This document shows, piece by piece, positions 59,032 through 64,000 of a stretch of DNA of 64,000 nt. The stretch spans positions 99,882,001 through 99,946,000 of the forward strand of contig OZ024742.1 in NCBI GenBank assembly GCA_964016885.1. Reading direction: 5' to 3'. Numbering within the stretch: position 1 is the first letter of the stretch; every line of letters starts with the position of its first letter. Origin of the DNA: Eledone cirrhosa (taxonomy: Eukaryota). The notes below the pieces were generated by a model, which saw only the letters and a list, made by a program, of their open reading frames with translations, made no database searches and was not told where the DNA came from. A program made the translations under genes and the position numbers.

Positions 59032-59653
59032 AATCAAAACCTTTTTCAGAAACTTTTATTTCCAGCTTTTTCATATTACCCTACCACATACTCTTTATAT
59101 AGAACAACTATATGAAATATCTTAGAACTAAAACTGAGCCTTATTAACACATCCATGTATACTATACTGCCACACTAGCTTTTCTAAATCTGGAGCATCC
59201 GTAATATACTATATCAAGTATAAACATTTTACACTCACAAGATACGTAATACAAAATTATTTGGTGAAATTTCTGTAAATGGTTCTATAGTTTAATGGAT
59301 ATCAGGTCCGCTTCACACAAATATGTACGAAACTCGCTGGAACCCTTGATACACTGGGGTTTATTTTGTATTGTTTTTTTTTTTTTTTCCTTGTTAAATC
59401 CCGTAATGATATGATTATTTGAAATCACACATCTCTTCCGTTTATCTACACGATGATTTCAATTTCCAGTTCTCCATGTTTTACCAATGCTGGGAGAGGG
59501 CTGACCTCCGTTATATTACAGTGCCAGCCTTAGTCGTTAAAGTCAATAATATTTAGGTCATTAATGAACTATTTCAGTTTTACACATCTTTCACTAAATT
59601 GATGGAAAATGAAAATGTTTCATAAGGCAATATTTGTAGCCACTGAATGTACT

Positions 59654-59726
59654 AGTTCCATGGTGTAGTGGTTTTCACATCTGCTTAACACGCAGAAGGT
59701 CGTAAGTTCGAAACTAGCTGGAACCT
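59654..59726 (+). pseudogene. tRNA-Val(AAC)-like
   Basis: A1:C72 and T-stem mismatches. Confidence 0.65.
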
Positions 59727-60779
59727 GTGATAAAAACTTGATAATTCTTTTTCTTTTTTTTTTTTTGGCACCTGTCTGAATCTTTTCTTTTATTTCAGAT
59801 TGTATTGTTTATATGTTAATTATTGAATGCCGCTGCATAGAGAATGGATTTGAAAACTGAAATTCATGAGAGCAGTTGTCCAGGATATTGTACCTTTGAA
59901 GGTATCTTTGCGTAATTGTGTCCGCCGTATGACTAAACAACAACATTGACCAGCTTCACCTATTTATAAATACATTCACCTATTATAATTACACATTATC
60001 TTTTGTAGATCGAAACCATCATTTTTAATATAAGTCGTAAATAATTTGGAAAATCAAGATACGCATAATACAAATTTATTTTAGCAGGATTACGTTCACA
60101 GATTCGTGGATTCAAGGTGTAGTAACGAAATATTTGGGTAGATTCATTTATGTTGTTCTGGATTTTATCTTCATATAGTCCAGCAAAATATTGCTTTTCA
60201 ACATTATTTGATCAAAAGTCTTCATATGTTTCCATAGTGTAGTTGTTATCACGTCTAATTAACAAGGTGAAGAAAGCTAGTTCGAATCTAGTTGGAACAT
60301 TTGCTTCTTTATTTGTTTTAATCCCACAGTACCGTGTTTGTTATTAAAGAGTTTCATATTTCATTTCCGTTTCTCTGATGATTTCAATTTCCAGATCTGT
60401 ATGTTTTACTAATGCTGAGACAGGGCTGACTCCCGTTATATTACTGTACCAGCCTTAGTCGTTAAAGTTCGAAACGAGTTGGAACTTTTGCTTCTATATT
60501 TGTTTTAATCCTATAGCATTTATTATAGTATTTAGTCTCATATATTTCTCCAGTTTCTCTACGATGATTTCAACTACCAGTTCTGTATATTCTACCTATG
60601 ATGTAACTCAGCCCACTTGCATCATACAACAGAGCCAACCTTTGACACTATAGTTCGGTAACATTTAATATAGTATTTAGATTGTAAATCAACAGCTTCT
60701 AAGTTTAGACATATTTCACTGAATTCAGACAAATGTAAATGTGTTTGATTAGGCAATATCTCCTGGCGAGTAAGTATGG

Positions 60780-60852
60780 GGTTCCATGGTGTAGTGGTTA
60801 TCACATCTGCTTTACACGCAGAAGGTTGTGAGTTCGAAACTCGCTGGAACCT
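60780..60852 (+). tRNA. tRNA-Val(TAC), intact cloverleaf
   Basis: Differs from 42619 only at position 48 (C>T). Confidence 0.85.
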
Positions 60853-61583
60853 AAGAGAGAGTCTGCAATGTTTAGAAACGTTTTATATTTGCTTTATTAA
60901 ATTTTTTTGTTAAAGATGTTACCGCTTATTCTTTAAGTATTAAAAGGCAATATATATAAAATAACTTTGAAAGATAAATTTATGACGTCATATTTTACAG
61001 GACATTGAGAACAGTTCTGTGAAATTATGTCCAACCTATATCTAAACAACAATATAATTATTAATTATATTCTCCTCTTTTTAAATATACGTCCACCTAT
61101 TTCAGTTTATATTATCTTTTTAGATCGAGATCGTTCTTATGAAAATTAGTCGAGCATAAATAGTTTGGACACACATGATACGTATTATGCAAAACTATTT
61201 GATCATAAGTACGTACATGATTCCATTGTGTAGCAATTATCACGTCTGCAGCAGACTCTTGTCCGAAACTCAACGCAATATTTTGTGTAACTTGATTTAT
61301 GTTGTTCTGGCAAAATATTACTTTTGAAAAAAATAAAATTAATTTTTTTTTTAATGGGTTTTGAAAAGACAATAAATATCGAGTTTCGTCGAGAATAGAA
61401 ACCATTTTGTCCTATGTTTGCTGGAACGAGGCTGACCAGCAATATAAAACAGAATCTAAAGATACGTAACTGACCAAATTTAGATCGTTAAACAAATGTT
61501 TTTGAATATACACATCTTTCATAGAATTGAAACTATTCACAAAGTATGTGATAAGGCAATATCTGTTACGGTATAATTTATAC

Positions 61584-61643
61584 GGTTCCATGGTGTAATG
61601 GTTAACACGCAGAAGGTTGCGAATTCAAAACTCACTGGAGCCT
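61584..61643 (+). pseudogene. tRNA-Val copy with a 13-nt D/anticodon-arm deletion
   Basis: GGTTA|ACACGCAGAAGG; TTA microhomology. Confidence 0.7.
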
Positions 61644-62074
61644 CATTAAATTCATTTTATAAAGTTTTATTTGCCACTTTTTCATGTTACTTTACCACAT
61701 ACACTTTATATAGAACTACATTAAGAAGCTTAGAACTGTACTGAGGTTTATAAACATATTCAGGTTTACTATATTGCCACATTAGCTCTTCTACGTTGAG
61801 ATCATCCCTAAAACTCTATGTCGAGCATAAATATCTTACGCTCAAAAGATACCTGTTTCAAAATTATTTGGTGAAATGTCTGTAAATTGCTCTAGAGCTT
61901 AATGGGTATCACGTCTGCTTCACGCGAAGATTTTCGAAACTCGCTAGAAATTTTGATACAGTGGGGTTTTTGGTAATTCTGTAGTGTCCTGATTGTTAGA
62001 AATCATACACCTCTTACGTTTATAATCATAAGGGTAATTTAGTGAAAAGGTGTTTCGAAAATACAACAATCTCG

Positions 62075-62081
62075 TATATAC

Positions 62082-62136
<55 letters not shown>

Positions 62137-62175
62137 CATACATATATATATACACATACATACATATATATATAC

Positions 62176-62252
<77 letters not shown>

Positions 62253-62286
62253 CATACATACATATATATATACACATACATACATA

Positions 62287-62328
<42 letters not shown>

Positions 62329-62393
62329 CATACATATATATATATATATACATACATATATATATATATATACATACATATATATATATATAT

Positions 62394-62466
<73 letters not shown>

Positions 62467-62495
62467 CATACATATATTTATATACATACATACAT

Positions 62496-62534
<39 letters not shown>

Positions 62535-62630
62535 CATACATATACATACATACATATATATATATATATACATACATACATATATATATACATATATGTA
62601 TATATATATATATACATACATATATATATA
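62075..62630. repeat. Compound (TA)n/(TACA)n microsatellite
   Basis: Direct reading. Confidence 0.95.
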
Positions 62631-62806
62631 GAGAATTTAGTATATCTACTAACATATGCGTACAGATGTACGCTAATGCTAGCAAATACACAGGTTATGT
62701 CATAGTACCTATGTGGTTCAATGCAGGAGGATGCAGAACAATAATATAAAAGACGTAAAATAAGAAAATTTTAAAAAATTAAAAAAATTAACTTACTAAA
62801 ATTTTC

Positions 62807-62888
62807 ACTCCAACTAATTAGTTTCTGCAATGGGATAAAGACAGTTACGTAATCTAACTGTCGAGAATTCATTGCGTCATCAGGGAGT
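62807..62888 (-). ncRNA. Type-I hammerhead ribozyme
   Basis: ACTCC-CTGATGA-C-GCAATG..(GACAGTT/AACTGTC)..CATTGC-A-GAAAC-TAATTA-GTT^-GGAGT. Confidence 0.8.
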
Positions 62889-63852
62889 CTATTCTCAGCT
62901 AAGTCTCCAGGCAATGCGCGGACACTGGGGACTCATATAAAAATAATAATCATTCGGTAGATGGAACAGCTAGCGGGGATTGGATTCCATGCACTGAAAA
63001 GCTCGCTGTAACTGGTCAAATGGCAGATTCTAAAGAATCAATCACGTGACACTGAGGCTAGTCGGTAGGAGTGGGATGGTAAAATGACAGAAGCCTACTA
63101 TTACACCAATAAATTAGTAGTGGTTTTGGCAGGTTTGCTCGACAAATAAGTAATTTGGAGATAAGTATAGAGAATTTAGTATATCTACTAACATATGCGT
63201 ACAGATGTACGCTAATGCTAGCAAATACACAGGTTATGTCATAGTACCTAGGTGGTTCAATGCAGGAGGATGCAGAACAATAATATAAAAGACGTAAAAT
63301 AAGAAAATTTTAAAAAATTTAAAAAATTAACTTACTTACTAAAATTTTCACTCCAACTAATTAGTTTCTGCAATGGGAGTGAAAATGGAGTGAACATTTT
63401 AGTAAGTAAGTTAATTTTTTTAATTTTTTAAAATTTTCTTATTTTACGTCTTTTATATTATTGTTCTGAATCCTCCTGCATTGAACCACCTAGGTACTAT
63501 GACATAACCTGTGTATTTGCTAGCATTAGCGTATATCTGTACGCATATGTTAGTAGATATACTAAATTCTCTATACTTATCTCCAAATTACTTATTTGTC
63601 GAGCAAACCTGCCAAAACCACTATTAATTTATTGGTGTGATAGTAGGCTTCTGTCATCTTACCATCCCACTCCTACCGACTAGCCTCAGTGTCACGTGAT
63701 TGATTCTTTATAATCTGCCATTTGACCAGTGACAGCGAGCTTTTCAGTGCATGGAATCCAGTCCTCGCTAGCTGTTCCATCTACCGAATGATTATTATTT
63801 TTATATGAGTCCCCAGTGTCCGCGCATTGCCTGGAGACTTAGCTGAGAATAG

Positions 63853-63934
63853 ACTCTCTGATGACGCAATGAATTCTCGACAGTTAGATTACGTAACTGT
63901 CTTTATCCCATTGCAGAAACTAATTAGTTGGAGT
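63853..63934 (+). ncRNA. Type-I hammerhead ribozyme (mirror copy)
   Basis: Same fold with stem I ACTCT/GGAGT; predicted cleavage between 63929 and 63930. Confidence 0.8.
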
Positions 63935-64000
63935 GAAAATTTTAGTAAGTTAATTTTTTTAATTTTTTAAAATTTTCTTATTTTACGTCTTTTACATATA

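Larger units (their letters stand above)
34350..62030. repeat. Complex duplicated array of tRNA-Val-derived modules
   Basis: Recurrent 400-600-bp modules, each with a tRNA-Val-like core and shared flanks. Minus-oriented blocks at ~48190-52720 and ~56360-56740. Confidence 0.92.
62631..63995. mobile_element. Hammerhead-containing 539-bp non-coding repeat (retrozyme or Penelope pLTR-like), tandem plus inverted
   Basis: 62631 recurs at 63170 (period 539). 63387-63995 is the reverse complement of ~62746-63354 with scattered substitutions. Confidence 0.85.

Noticed and set aside
34350-62030. CRISPR array interpretation of the conserved-variable-conserved pattern
   Set aside because: Eukaryotic context, no cas genes, repeats are tRNA genes hundreds of bp apart, and the 20-mers are related among close paralogs (mutation, not acquisition).
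34350-62030. tRNA-Val copies as SINE heads
   Set aside because: Copies share upstream as well as downstream flanks and lack tails or target-site duplications, indicating DNA-level duplication.

Overview
AT-rich, microsatellite-dense animal DNA with no recognisable host protein-coding gene. The repeat content suggests a cephalopod such as Octopus (inference only). Bases 1-34.4 kb are transposon remnants between (TA)n/(CA)n/(TACA)n tracts: a 5'-truncated R4/Dong-type non-LTR element inside a (CATA)n tract, an internally deleted mariner, RTE, Tx1-like and R4 fragments, two tRNA-derived SINE families, and Penelope-like fold-backs whose arms carry minimal type-I hammerhead motifs. Bases ~34.4-62.0 kb are a duplicated, partly inverted array of 40+ tRNA-Val(TAC)-scaffold modules. 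The young copies carry TAC, AAC or CAC anticodons and T at position 73. A conserved upstream motif is separated from the tRNA by a 20-nt segment that differs between nearly all copies. The window ends in a 539-bp hammerhead-containing non-coding repeat in tandem plus inverted arrangement, with the inverted arm starting at the predicted self-cleavage site. All coordinates and folds were read by eye, and repeat boundaries are approximate.
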